A stretch of DNA of 41,652 bases from an uncultured Opitutaceae bacterium. GTDB taxonomy: Bacteria > Verrucomicrobiota > Verrucomicrobiia > Opitutales > Opitutaceae. The notes under the pieces were generated by a model. The model was given only the letters and a program-made list of their open reading frames with translations. It ran no database searches and was not told the DNA's origin. Location of the stretch: positions 1 through 41,652 of the forward strand of contig CAXMUM010000002.1 in assembly GCA_964196585.1 (NCBI GenBank). Reading direction: 5' to 3'. Shown here piece by piece: positions 19,437 through 28,552 of this stretch. Numbering within the stretch: the stretch's first letter is position 1; each line of letters begins with the position of its first letter. Made by a program: the position numbers and the translations under genes.

Positions 19437-21494
19437 TCAGTCAATCACGATGGCTTCATGAATATGAACCGATGGCAACGTAACAGTAACCGTTCCTTTA
19501 ACGTATCGCCACTTCACCTCATTTTTCTCCAGTGGGACTGTAACTGATTGTGGCTTTTTCGACAGTTTAATCATAACGTTAACAGGGCCGATTGGAGGTA
19601 TTTCATCTATCGCTCCATTATTGGGCTGATTGGGGATACCACTCAACCGGTTAACCAAATGAATGATCGTTCGCTTCCCTTTCTTTCGCAATGCCACATC
19701 GACGCATGTCGGAGCTTTAATCATAATAGGCAACTTTCCTACCAATTGTTTTGTCACTTCACCCAAAAATTCCCGAGTGAGAACAAAACGGTTACGATCA
19801 AAATCCCGAAAGACATTAGCTGGGATATAAACAACTTTCCCTTTTCCGACTCGATTGATGGTCGCTGCCGGGAAAGAGTGTGTCTCATCCAGTAATGGAG
19901 TCTTTCCTATATGACCGAGAATAGTCGCTTTCTCTGCCTTAACCAACCGCCAGGACTCACTGTATAACGGAACAGCTCCTTCTGCCGCCGGCACATGATA
20001 CACCGTCTCCTCTTCTAATCTACCTCTTGTCACTCCAAGAAAAGCAGCGCCAAAACGATCAAATACATCCGCTCCAGAAAGAAGAAGCTTCCCACCCTTT
20101 TTTACATAGTCCTTGAAAGCCATCACCATATCCTCAGACATCGCGTGACACTCCGGTGCAACAACCGCCGGGAACTCATTGAGACGTGGCAACAAGGCCC
20201 ATTCATCCAGGACATCCACTCCATAATGACTCTCAAGCAGCGAATAAACCGCTCCCGTCACAGGCGCGCAATTGATATCAAACATCAGGTTTTTCACCTT
20301 AGCTGTATTCCGAAGATGGTGCTCCGAATGTAGCACTGCAATCTGAGGAATGGATTCTGTATCCTGGCAGATCTTACGGCGTTTTTTCACAAACTGACCC
20401 ACTTCACGAAGACGTCTCTGCCGCCATCCCACTAAACGACCGTCCCGGACACCGCCCGGATTTTCATAAAGCTGCACACCTCCTCCGAAAGAAAGAAGAA
20501 TCGCAGCCTCCTGCATTAGCATTTCAGGTGATTTGGACGTCCAGGGTGAGGTAGGATCTCCAATTGCATGTGAGTTATAAAAACTCCAAAGCATGATGTC
20601 CCAGGGTTTCTTTCGAGTCGAAAGAAACCGAGCCTCACAGCGACTTTGATCCAACCCAAAGACCCACTTATTGTCTCCGCTTATCCAATCTGTCGGCACG
20701 GTCGGTTCACCAGGGTTCAAAAACGTCTGCAACCAATTTGAGCAAACGAGTACATCGGGATTGTGTTGGTGCACTGCATTACAATATTTCGTTACATAAG
20801 CTTCGAAATTTTCACGGGTATAATTCAACCATGCACCCCAATCTGGGTCGTCAACTTCCGTGGGAGGCTTTGTAATACCCGTTTTTTTCGTAAAACTCTT
20901 CAGGCAACGTTTACAATAGCAGGGTTCAACTGCCCACAAATCTCCATCGATCCAAAAGCCATCCACTCCGTATCGGTCGATTAGCTCGCGCATCTGTGGA
21001 ATCATTAGCTTCTCCACATAGGGGCCAAGTGGACACATTTTCACATTCGAAGGGATCGGAGGAGGGACATGATTGGCCCTTCCTTTCACACTTTTTTCTT
21101 TTGAACCTACCACTCTCCAGCTGGGAAATTTTTTTCCCGCTGCACTATCCCAAATGCCAGAATAATGACAATGCAAAGGGAGTCCTAATTCACTAGTCGC
21201 AGCCCGCCATTGCTTAAGAGCATCCTTCTTCAATCCGGATGGAATTGATGCAAATTCCACCTTGCTAAACCAACTGGTGTAACCGGGATGCCCCTTACAA
21301 TCTGTTTGGACAAAATCCGGGTTCATCAATTTAAGCATCGGAATCAACTCCTTCTTTCCACAACGAGTCCCCAATTCCGTATCCTTTTCATTGGCATGCA
21401 AATCATAGTGCAGCCCAAAATAAAATTTCTTGCCATGCCATTTGCCTCTTACGCTCATGGATAGCAAGTTGGCAAGAGCAATGCAAACGGGCAA
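19437..21494 (-). CDS. Putative glycoside hydrolase-like protein (GHL-type TIM barrel plus beta-galactosidase-trimerisation-like C-terminal region)
   Basis: 685-aa ORF; the likely start is the ATG at 21458 (MSVRGKWHGKKFYFGLHYDLH...). YFGLHYDLH and YGVDGFWIDGDLW resemble hypothetical GH-like (GHL) families. I see no signal peptide. It is co-directional with 17147..19369, 67 nt away. Confidence 0.4.
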   Translation of the reverse strand: MPVCIALANLLSMSVRGKWHGKKFYFGLHYDLHANEKDTELGTRCGKKELIPMLKLMNPDFVQTDCKGHPGYTSWFSKVEFASIPSGLKKDALKQWRAATSELGLPLHCHYSGIWDSAAGKKFPSWRVVGSKEKSVKGRANHVPPPIPSNVKMCPLGPYVEKLMIPQMRELIDRYGVDGFWIDGDLWAVEPCYCKRCLKSFTKKTGITKPPTEVDDPDWGAWLNYTRENFEAYVTKYCNAVHQHNPDVLVCSNWLQTFLNPGEPTVPTDWISGDNKWVFGLDQSRCEARFLSTRKKPWDIMLWSFYNSHAIGDPTSPWTSKSPEMLMQEAAILLSFGGGVQLYENPGGVRDGRLVGWRQRRLREVGQFVKKRRKICQDTESIPQIAVLHSEHHLRNTAKVKNLMFDINCAPVTGAVYSLLESHYGVDVLDEWALLPRLNEFPAVVAPECHAMSEDMVMAFKDYVKKGGKLLLSGADVFDRFGAAFLGVTRGRLEEETVYHVPAAEGAVPLYSESWRLVKAEKATILGHIGKTPLLDETHSFPAATINRVGKGKVVYIPANVFRDFDRNRFVLTREFLGEVTKQLVGKLPIMIKAPTCVDVALRKKGKRTIIHLVNRLSGIPNQPNNGAIDEIPPIGPVNVMIKLSKKPQSVTVPLEKNEVKWRYVKGTVTVTLPSVHIHEAIVID

Positions 21495-21600
21495 GAAAGA
21501 AGCCCGTGAATTTCGTCAAAAACGAAATTAATCCTGTGGAATCTGATACACCTCGGAAGATTGACGACCTCCTTTAAACAACCCAATCTGTCCAGTTCAT

Positions 21601-21921
21601 ATGATTTCTCCAAAAAGCATTCAATTAATTGGAAACGAGGTAGCCATTTTGTGGGCAGATGAAAAAGAATCCTACTATGCTGCTCCGATTTTACGGGCAG
21701 CATCCCCAAGCGCGTCCGCTCAAGGAGAAAAAGACATTTTTGGTCAGCAATACGGCGGCGAATTTGGCCAGGATCACTCCGGTGTTGCCATCGCAGGTTG
21801 GCAAATGATCGGAAATTATGCCGTGCGGTTTGAATTCAGCGATGGCCATAAAACAGGTCTTTATAGCTATGACTATCTTAGAGAACTTGATGAAAGAATG
21901 AAGGGTAATGAGTCCGACTAA
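21601..21921 (+). CDS. DUF971 (gamma-butyrobetaine hydroxylase-like N-terminal domain) protein
   Basis: 106-aa ORF with LRAASPSA... and NYAVRFEFSDGHKTGLYSYDYLREL, matching the small stand-alone DUF971 proteins. Confidence 0.7.
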   Translation: MISPKSIQLIGNEVAILWADEKESYYAAPILRAASPSASAQGEKDIFGQQYGGEFGQDHSGVAIAGWQMIGNYAVRFEFSDGHKTGLYSYDYLRELDERMKGNESD

Positions 21922-21971
21922 GAATCAACCTCTGAAGTCAGCTTTCACCAACATAGACCCTCTTATTGCAT

Positions 21972-22763
21972 TTAGTTTTTTAACCCCGGCGCAATACCAC
22001 GCTCACTCTTCTCAACAAATAACAGAAATCTCTGAATCTCAGGTTCATTTGCTTCCGCATGTTCTCTCAGTTTTTCCAAAGCTTGGGATCGGTTTAATCC
22101 TTCGCGGTAAAGCACACGGTAGGCAAACTTCACTCGAGCAATCTGTTCCGGAGTGAAACCGGCGCGCTCCAATCCCACCTTATTGATCGATCGAATAACC
22201 GCAGGATTACCATCCCCTATTAAATAAGGAGGGATATCTTTCTCTACCTTACAACAACCTCCCAGCATCGAATAAGTCCCAATGCAGCAAAACTGATGAA
22301 TCCCCGTGAGACCTCCTATAATCGCAAAATCATCTACAATGACATGGCCCGCAAAGGTCGCATTGTTACTCGCAATGATATGATTTCCCATGACACAATC
22401 ATGAGCCACATGTGAATATGCCAAAAAATGATTATCATTCCCAATAATGGTAAAATCACCATCATTCGTTGCTGAGTGCACCGTAGCGCATTCACGAAAT
22501 ACGTTGCGATCTCCTATCTTCACACCCGGCTTTCCACCCTTGTACTTAAGATCCTGGGTTTTTGTCCCTATACATGCTTGTGGGAAAACTTCACATTGTT
22601 TACCCAGGGCAGTAAAACCCTCAACAGATGCATGATGATGCAGAAAACAGCCATCACCCAATTGCACATCTGAGCCCACATAAGCATAGGCACCCACCTC
22701 AACATCACTGCCTACCTCAGCTCCTTCTTCAATAACCGCAGTCGGATGAATTATGGTCGCCAT
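21972..22763 (-). CDS. lpxA: Acyl-ACP--UDP-N-acetylglucosamine O-acyltransferase LpxA
   Basis: 263-aa ORF with left-handed beta-helix hexapeptide repeats (IHPTAVIEEGAEVGSDVEVGAYAYVGSDVQLG...), the catalytic-His region AYSHVAHDCVMGN and a helical C-terminal domain. It lies downstream of lpxC-fabZ. Confidence 0.92.
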   Translation of the reverse strand: MATIIHPTAVIEEGAEVGSDVEVGAYAYVGSDVQLGDGCFLHHHASVEGFTALGKQCEVFPQACIGTKTQDLKYKGGKPGVKIGDRNVFRECATVHSATNDGDFTIIGNDNHFLAYSHVAHDCVMGNHIIASNNATFAGHVIVDDFAIIGGLTGIHQFCCIGTYSMLGGCCKVEKDIPPYLIGDGNPAVIRSINKVGLERAGFTPEQIARVKFAYRVLYREGLNRSQALEKLREHAEANEPEIQRFLLFVEKSERGIAPGLKN

Positions 22764-22813
22764 TTTTTATGCCTATATTGCAATAAATATACGTACAGAA
22801 GATAAACTCTCAT

Positions 22814-24145
22814 TTAGGCCTCATCTGGCGTATTCATAATGCCAAACATGAGATCTCCGCTGGAGACAACTTCATCGTCTACATAACAACTGACTGAGGC
22901 GACACCTATTTTATTTGCTCGGTTTTTGGTCAATTTCGCTTTTATCACCATTTGATCTCCAGGTCTAACTGCCTTACGAAATTTGACCTTATCGCAGCTC
23001 ATAAAAAAAACCGTTTTCCCTTCATTCGAAGTCTTACGAAGCATCAATACACCAGCTGCCTGTGCCATAGCCTCAACTTGAAGAACACCCGGCATAACAG
23101 GTTGCCCTGGGAAATGCCCCTGGAAATATGGTTCGTTGATCGTTACATTTTTTAACGCTACCAATGCATCGTCATCCGTAATCTCTATGATTCGATCAAT
23201 CATCACAAAAGGATAACGATGAGGTATCGTATCCAGAATACGCCGGATATCCATGGAAGTCTCAGTCGCCAAAACAGTAGACGGCCCTTTCTTAGGTTTT
23301 TTTGGACCCTTCTTTAATTCCTGAATACGTTCGTATAAAGCTTTCGTCAGCTCGGAATTGATGGCATGCCCCGGACGCATTGCCACGATATGTGCCTTAA
23401 TGGGCAATCCCAATAAAAGGATATCTCCTACGATATCCAATATCTTGTGACGAACCATTTCATCTTTAAAGCGCAATGGCTCTTTGGAAATAATTTTATC
23501 TCCTCTCAAAACAACAGCGCAATCAAGACTTCCTCCTCTGATTTTCCCCATTTTCAGAAGCTCTTCAATGTCCTCATAAATCGTAAAAGTGCGAGCAGAC
23601 GCAATCTGCGTCATATAAATCTCGGGATCGATTAAAGTCGAGAGGTGTTGTGTATGAACTCCCCTATCATCCGCAGAGGTACACGAAATTTTAAAAGTAT
23701 CCGATGGCAATGCGATGATCGATGAGTTTCCTTTTGTGACAGAAATAGGTTTATCCAACACAAAATACTCTCTCTCTTTTTCTTGATCAACTGGCTCCCC
23801 TTCCAGAATCATATTCACAAAAGCTTTGGCTGAACCATCCATAATAGGAGGTTCACTGGAATCCATTTCGATAACTACATTATCAACGGCACAACCGTGC
23901 AAGGCACTGAGGACATGCTCTACTGTATGCAACTTGGCATGCCCAGAAACGATCGTGGTATTACGAACGAGATCCTCCACCATCGAGACATGGGGTTTGA
24001 TCTCAGGTGATCCATGAAGATCAATTCTTTTGAAAACGATTCCGTGATCAACCGGAGCCGGCTTCATGGTTAGGTGAACATTGTCCCCCGTATGTAATGA
24101 CTTCCCCTTGATAGAGACTTCGCGCAATAGGGTGCGTTGCTTCAT
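22814..24145 (-). CDS. lpxC/fabZ: Bifunctional UDP-3-O-acyl-GlcNAc deacetylase / 3-hydroxyacyl-ACP dehydratase (LpxC-FabZ fusion)
   Basis: In this 443-aa ORF the N-terminal ~280 aa are LpxC ([39 protein letters not shown]). After a [11 protein letters not shown] linker comes FabZ ([13 protein letters not shown]..., [27 protein letters not shown]). Confidence 0.92.
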   Translation of the reverse strand: MKQRTLLREVSIKGKSLHTGDNVHLTMKPAPVDHGIVFKRIDLHGSPEIKPHVSMVEDLVRNTTIVSGHAKLHTVEHVLSALHGCAVDNVVIEMDSSEPPIMDGSAKAFVNMILEGEPVDQEKEREYFVLDKPISVTKGNSSIIALPSDTFKISCTSADDRGVHTQHLSTLIDPEIYMTQIASARTFTIYEDIEELLKMGKIRGGSLDCAVVLRGDKIISKEPLRFKDEMVRHKILDIVGDILLLGLPIKAHIVAMRPGHAINSELTKALYERIQELKKGPKKPKKGPSTVLATETSMDIRRILDTIPHRYPFVMIDRIIEITDDDALVALKNVTINEPYFQGHFPGQPVMPGVLQVEAMAQAAGVLMLRKTSNEGKTVFFMSCDKVKFRKAVRPGDQMVIKAKLTKNRANKIGVASVSCYVDDEVVSSGDLMFGIMNTPDEA

Positions 24146-24429
24146 AATGGCAGGATCAGATTATGAGGTTGGATCTTATTCATAACATTTTGTAGAAAAA
24201 ACCAATCAATCGATTATTATCTGTTTCGGGAAAACCGAAAGGTTTTGCATAGGATTTTTTCATCAAAGTTCTTTTTACAAATGATCTGAAGTAATTTGAA
24301 AGGGCGCAGTTTCATCAATGCACTTCACAATGACAAGACATTAGAGACCGAAAAAAATGATCCACTCATCCATCTAAAAACAAGAGATTAAACCTAACCT
24401 TCTGCTTATTTAGTGATATAGAGTGCCTA

Positions 24430-24458
24430 TTGACACCGATACATTTATCACTGTATGT
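24430..24458 (+). promoter_or_regulatory. Possible sigma70-type promoter for efp
   Basis: TTGACA at 24430..24435, then an 18-nt spacer to TATGTC preceded by TG (extended -10-like), about 35 nt upstream of the efp ATG. This is pattern match only. Confidence 0.25.
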
Positions 24459-24492
24459 CTTGCCTTCTTTTACTTTTTAGAAATCCAAAAAA

Positions 24493-25056
24493 ATGACTTC
24501 TGCCAACAATCTCCGAAAAGGGCATGTAATCAAATATCAAGGGCATCCGCATTTGGTTCTCGATATGCGTCACCGCACTCCGGGAAACTTGAGAGCTTTT
24601 GTCCAGGCCAAGTTACGTAATCTTAGCAATCAACGCAGTACTGATGTACGCTTTTCGACATCAGAAAATATCGAAAAACTGACGACCGACCGGCAAACCC
24701 TCGAATTCAGCTATGTTGATCGTGGAAGCTATTCTTTCATGAACACAGAGACATACGAAAGTATTGAAATCTCTGAAGAACTGGTGGGAGAAGCCAAACA
24801 TTACTTGGTTCCCAATTCTGAGGTTGAGATTCTCTTCGTTGAAAATTCTCCCATCGACATTACACTACCTTCATCTGTCGTTTTAAAGGTCACGGAATCT
24901 GCGGATGGAATCCGTGGTGACACCGCCAGTAACGTTCAAAAGCCAGCCACGGTCGAAACAGGTCTCGTAGTGCAAGTTCCTCTTTTCATCAAATTAGATG
25001 AAGAAATCCGAGTCAGCACAGCTGATGGCTCCTATATGGGACGCTCAAAAGAGTAA
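24493..25056 (+). CDS. efp: Translation elongation factor P
   Basis: 187-aa ORF with KOW-like domain I (LRKGHVIKYQGHPHLVLDMRHRTPGNLRAFVQAKLRNL) and OB domains II/III (...ADGIRGDTASNVQKPATVETGLVVQVPLFI...). Confidence 0.93.
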   Translation: MTSANNLRKGHVIKYQGHPHLVLDMRHRTPGNLRAFVQAKLRNLSNQRSTDVRFSTSENIEKLTTDRQTLEFSYVDRGSYSFMNTETYESIEISEELVGEAKHYLVPNSEVEILFVENSPIDITLPSSVVLKVTESADGIRGDTASNVQKPATVETGLVVQVPLFIKLDEEIRVSTADGSYMGRSKE

Positions 25057-25076
25057 ACCTGCCATTTTACAGAAAA

Positions 25077-25116
25077 GGCCCGATTGTAAGTGAAACACAA
25101 TCGGGCCTTTTGTTTT
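25077..25116. terminator. Bidirectional intrinsic terminator between convergent efp and the phosphorylase gene
   Basis: The 11-bp perfect stem GGCCCGATTGT (25077..25087) pairs with ACAATCGGGCC (25097..25107) around a 9-nt loop. It is followed by TTTTGTTTT and preceded by AAAA. Confidence 0.75.
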
Positions 25117-25133
25117 AAAGTCTAGCGGCAGTC

Positions 25134-26477
25134 TTAAGCAACTCTCTCCACAACCAAAGGTGGCGGTGTTGGCCGCTTTGGCGCTAAGCGATACGCAGCT
25201 TTGAAATACTCCAAAGCTGTTTCCAGTTTCGCCTCATCGTTATAATGGATCATCATCAGTGGTTCTCCCTGTTTTACCTGGGTGCCCACCTTACGAATTT
25301 CCGATACACCGACAGCATAATCAATCTTTTGCTTTGGCTTGTCTGCTCCCGCTCCGAGCAGATGTACGCCACGTGCGATCATCGCTGCATTAATCGTATG
25401 CACATAACCACGCTTGGGGGCTGGAAGCTTACGAATATGCTTCGCCGTCGGAAACTTATCTGGATCATCAATATAAGAAACGTCACCGCCTTGAGCTCTC
25501 ACTATATCCTTCAACTTCTCCAAAGCAGTCCCATCCTTAATATGTCTCTCGACCGTTTGTTTGGCTGAAAGAGTTGAACCAGCCACTCCAGCTAAACGGA
25601 CAATTTCCATTCCCAGTTTCAGAATAAGCTCCTGCATATCTTCAGGCCCTTCACCTTTTAGCAAAGATATCGCTTCCTTCAATTCCAATGAGGTACCAAC
25701 AGTATCGCCCAACGGTTGGTTCATGTCAGTAACCAAGGCCACACAACGCCTTTTAAGAGAACGTCCCACCCTGGTCATTGAACGAGCTAACTGTTTAGCC
25801 TGCTCCAAATCTTTAATAAAAGAGCCATTGCCCCATTTCACATCAATCACCAAGCCTTCAGCTCCTTCAGCAAGTTTCTTACTTAAGACACTTCCTGTAA
25901 TAAGAGGGATGCTTGGGATCGTTCCTGTACTCCGACGCAAATCGAACATTTTGGCATCTGCCGGGGCCAGCTCTTCACTCTGCTTCACAAACGCACCACT
26001 CGTGGTCTCTAGCTGGGAAATAAATTCGCTAATCGAGAGATCACTCCTAAAACCAGGTACTGAACCCAATTTAGCCAAGGAGCTAATCACATAATCCTGC
26101 CCTTCTCCACACATCATCGGAAGAACGATACCACTGGCAACCGCAAGTGGAACGAGCACCAAAGACGTTTTATCTCCAATACCACCCGTTGAATACTTAT
26201 CGATCTTGGGCTTGGCAATATGCGACAAATCGATCACTTCCCCAGAAAGCATCATCTCCTCAGTCAGAACGGCTGTTTCCTGAGCGGACATTCCCTGGAA
26301 GTAGATAGCCATTGCCAGAGCAGCTAATTGATATTGTGGCATCTCCCCGTCAAGGGTTGAATCAATGATATAGCGAATCTCCTCTTGGGTAAATTCGCCC
26401 CCATCTCTCTTTTTTTCAATAAGATAGGTATATGACGGTTTGATGAACCGACGACTTGGAATCATTCGTTTACTCAT
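25134..26477 (-). CDS. Thymidine/pyrimidine-nucleoside phosphorylase family protein (divergent active-site loop)
   Basis: Family-wide similarity is visible by eye: LIEKKRDGGEFTQEEI, DKYSTGGIGDKTSLVL, LAPADAKMFDLRRSTGTIPSIPLITGSVLSKKLA, TDMNQPLG, and the C-terminal PYNP_C-like LLGAGADKPKQKIDYAVGV. The start is set at the ATG at 26477 (MSKRMIPS...); the ORF track extends to 26561. Confidence 0.85.
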   Translation of the reverse strand: MSKRMIPSRRFIKPSYTYLIEKKRDGGEFTQEEIRYIIDSTLDGEMPQYQLAALAMAIYFQGMSAQETAVLTEEMMLSGEVIDLSHIAKPKIDKYSTGGIGDKTSLVLVPLAVASGIVLPMMCGEGQDYVISSLAKLGSVPGFRSDLSISEFISQLETTSGAFVKQSEELAPADAKMFDLRRSTGTIPSIPLITGSVLSKKLAEGAEGLVIDVKWGNGSFIKDLEQAKQLARSMTRVGRSLKRRCVALVTDMNQPLGDTVGTSLELKEAISLLKGEGPEDMQELILKLGMEIVRLAGVAGSTLSAKQTVERHIKDGTALEKLKDIVRAQGGDVSYIDDPDKFPTAKHIRKLPAPKRGYVHTINAAMIARGVHLLGAGADKPKQKIDYAVGVSEIRKVGTQVKQGEPLMMIHYNDEAKLETALEYFKAAYRLAPKRPTPPPLVVERVA

Positions 26478-26654
26478 AGTAATAAATGGCGGAAAAGGAA
26501 TAAGCCTTTTCTCACCTAAAACCCTAATAATTAGCTTATTGGAACAACTTTGTCGAGCCAATATTACCCCAACCCTATTAGAAAACCTGCTGAAACGAAT
26601 GCACCTTGAGCCAATTTGGCGCTATTTTGTTTCTCATTAAGGTAGATTCTGGTC

Positions 26655-28451
26655 TTGAATCTGCCTATGCATAACTTCTTGATTGGCAGAATGGAACCTT
26701 GGTTCGACGTCCAAACAAACTTAGAGAAGACCGTCCGCAGAGCAGTGGAAGCAATGAGTATTTCTCATACTGAATTTGATGCCAGCGTCCGGTTGGCAGA
26801 TCCTCGTTTTGGTGATTTTCAAGTCAATGGCTCGCTCTCCTATGCCAAAAAAAACCAACAAAACCCCAGAGAAGTCGCTGCAAGAGTTATTGAACAACTA
26901 AAAGCAGATGACTCCCTGGATGAGTCCCTAGAGATATCAATCGCAGGCCCAGGGTTCATCAATTTTACGCTAAAAACAGCCTTTCTCCTCAATTGGCTCA
27001 AAACCTATTCTAGTGAAGAACATCTCAAGGCCAGTTCTCGCGAACTTTATCGCGATGAGACTTTCGTCGTTGATTTTTCTTCTCCAAATGCTGCTAAGCA
27101 GATGCACGTCGGGCATATTCGCACCATAGTAATAGGTGAAGCCATTTGCCGGATGCTCTCTTTCTGTGGCGCAAATGTCATACGGGATAACCATATGGGG
27201 GATTGGGGAACACAATACGGCAAGATACTTTATGGGTATAAACATTTCCTGGATTCCAAAGCCCTGGCCACAGACCCTCTGGAAGAGCTCGAGCGTCTTT
27301 ACAAAAAAGCCAATGCTGTCACTGAGGAAGATCCGGAGGCGCTAAACGAAGCCCGTCAGGAATTGGTTCAACTACAAAACGGTGATCCTCAGAACATTGC
27401 GCTCTGGGAAAAAGTGAATAAATTGAGCCTTGAGGCTATTGATGAGATCTACCAAAAGCTCGACGTTCATTTTGACCACTATCTGGGTGAGAGTTTCTAT
27501 CGAGACAAGGTCGAACAGGTTTATCAGGAATTAACGGAACTCAAGATCGCTGAAGAAAGCAAAGGAGCTATGGTGGTCTTCCATCCCGAGCATCGCCGCT
27601 TTGCCACCCAACCTTTTATCATTCGTAAATCTGATGGCGCCAGCAACTACGCCTCAACCGATTTGGCAACAATGCTCTACAGAACAGAGCATTTTAAGAC
27701 AGATCACATCATCATCATCACGGATAGCCGCCAGTCCGACCACTTCGAACAACTACATTTAACCACCCAAAAGTGGTTCGAAGCAACCAATCGCAAGCTT
27801 CCCCATTTTCATCATGTTACCTTTGGGACCATTTTAGGTGAAGATGGTAAGGCGATAAAAACTCGAAGCGGTGACTCGATTCGCCTGAAAGAGCTACTCG
27901 TAGAGGCTGAGGAACGGGCGCATGCCATTGTAAACGATAAAAATCCCGATCTCCCGCCCAAAGAAGCAGCAGAAATCGCTTCAGCAGTCGGAGTTGGGGC
28001 ACTCATCTATGCGGATCTTAGTCAAAATCGCACTGGAGACTACGTTTTTGCCTGGGATAAACTCCTCAGCCTAGAGGGGAATACCGCCCCCTATTTGCTC
28101 TATGCAGCGGCTCGGATTCATAGCATCTTCCGTAAGGCCGGTATCGACGCTAGCTCCCTCCCTCTAGAGGAAATCACTGAACTAGAAACACCTGAGGAGC
28201 AGAATCTAGCTCGAAAATTGATCGCATTCGTCTCAAACCTGAACCAGACGGCCACTTCCCTTCGCCCTCACATCCTCTGCACTTATCTCTATGAACTAGC
28301 AGGGGTTTTCAGTAGCTTTTACAACAACAATAAAGTTTTGGTCAATGACAACGAAATCAAAGCGAGAAGACTCCTCCTTTGCCATCGGACATTGATCATT
28401 TTGGAGACAGGATTACACCTTTTGAGCATAAGAACGCTCAAGAGAATGTGA
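26655..28451 (+). CDS. argS: Arginine--tRNA ligase
   Basis: 598-aa ORF with the class I HIGH motif (AKQMHVGHIRT), a KMSKS-equivalent (IKTRSGDSI) and the DALR anticodon-binding C-terminus (...LCTYLYELAGVFSSFYNNNKVL...). The start is uncertain: TTG at 26655, ATG at 26667 or ATG at 26691. Confidence 0.93.
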   Translation: MNLPMHNFLIGRMEPWFDVQTNLEKTVRRAVEAMSISHTEFDASVRLADPRFGDFQVNGSLSYAKKNQQNPREVAARVIEQLKADDSLDESLEISIAGPGFINFTLKTAFLLNWLKTYSSEEHLKASSRELYRDETFVVDFSSPNAAKQMHVGHIRTIVIGEAICRMLSFCGANVIRDNHMGDWGTQYGKILYGYKHFLDSKALATDPLEELERLYKKANAVTEEDPEALNEARQELVQLQNGDPQNIALWEKVNKLSLEAIDEIYQKLDVHFDHYLGESFYRDKVEQVYQELTELKIAEESKGAMVVFHPEHRRFATQPFIIRKSDGASNYASTDLATMLYRTEHFKTDHIIIITDSRQSDHFEQLHLTTQKWFEATNRKLPHFHHVTFGTILGEDGKAIKTRSGDSIRLKELLVEAEERAHAIVNDKNPDLPPKEAAEIASAVGVGALIYADLSQNRTGDYVFAWDKLLSLEGNTAPYLLYAAARIHSIFRKAGIDASSLPLEEITELETPEEQNLARKLIAFVSNLNQTATSLRPHILCTYLYELAGVFSSFYNNNKVLVNDNEIKARRLLLCHRTLIILETGLHLLSIRTLKRM

Positions 28452-28552
28452 TTTTATGCCGAATCACTCATTAACCAGCCTATTTCACTGAAACAACAAT
28501 CTCCTTGAACCTGCCACACAAGGCATTCATAAACAAATACTAAAAGCTCATT

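Noticed and set aside
21703-21720. The DUF971 protein has S-P-S-A-S-A where the eukaryotic gamma-butyrobetaine hydroxylase N-domain has a Cys-rich zinc site. I considered it a degenerate variant.
   Set aside because: As far as I recall, the SPSA-type motif is the normal state for small bacterial stand-alone DUF971 proteins, so it is not unusual.
24412-24452. 7-bp inverted repeat AGTGATA…TATCACT bracketing the putative efp -35 element.
   Set aside because: A single 7-bp match with a 27-nt spacer in an AT-rich 347-nt region is plausible by chance. No second copy was seen.
25561-26094. 177-aa plus-strand ORF, with 25245..25568 (107 aa), antisense to the phosphorylase homologue.
   Set aside because: These are shadow ORFs opposite a gene with clear family similarity, and they have no recognisable domains.
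26492-26511. Hairpin GAAAAGG-AATAAG-CCTTTTC in the phosphorylase/argS divergent region.
   Set aside because: It is short and isolated, with no U-tract or repeat partner, and lies within the disputed 5' extension. It cannot be assigned a role.
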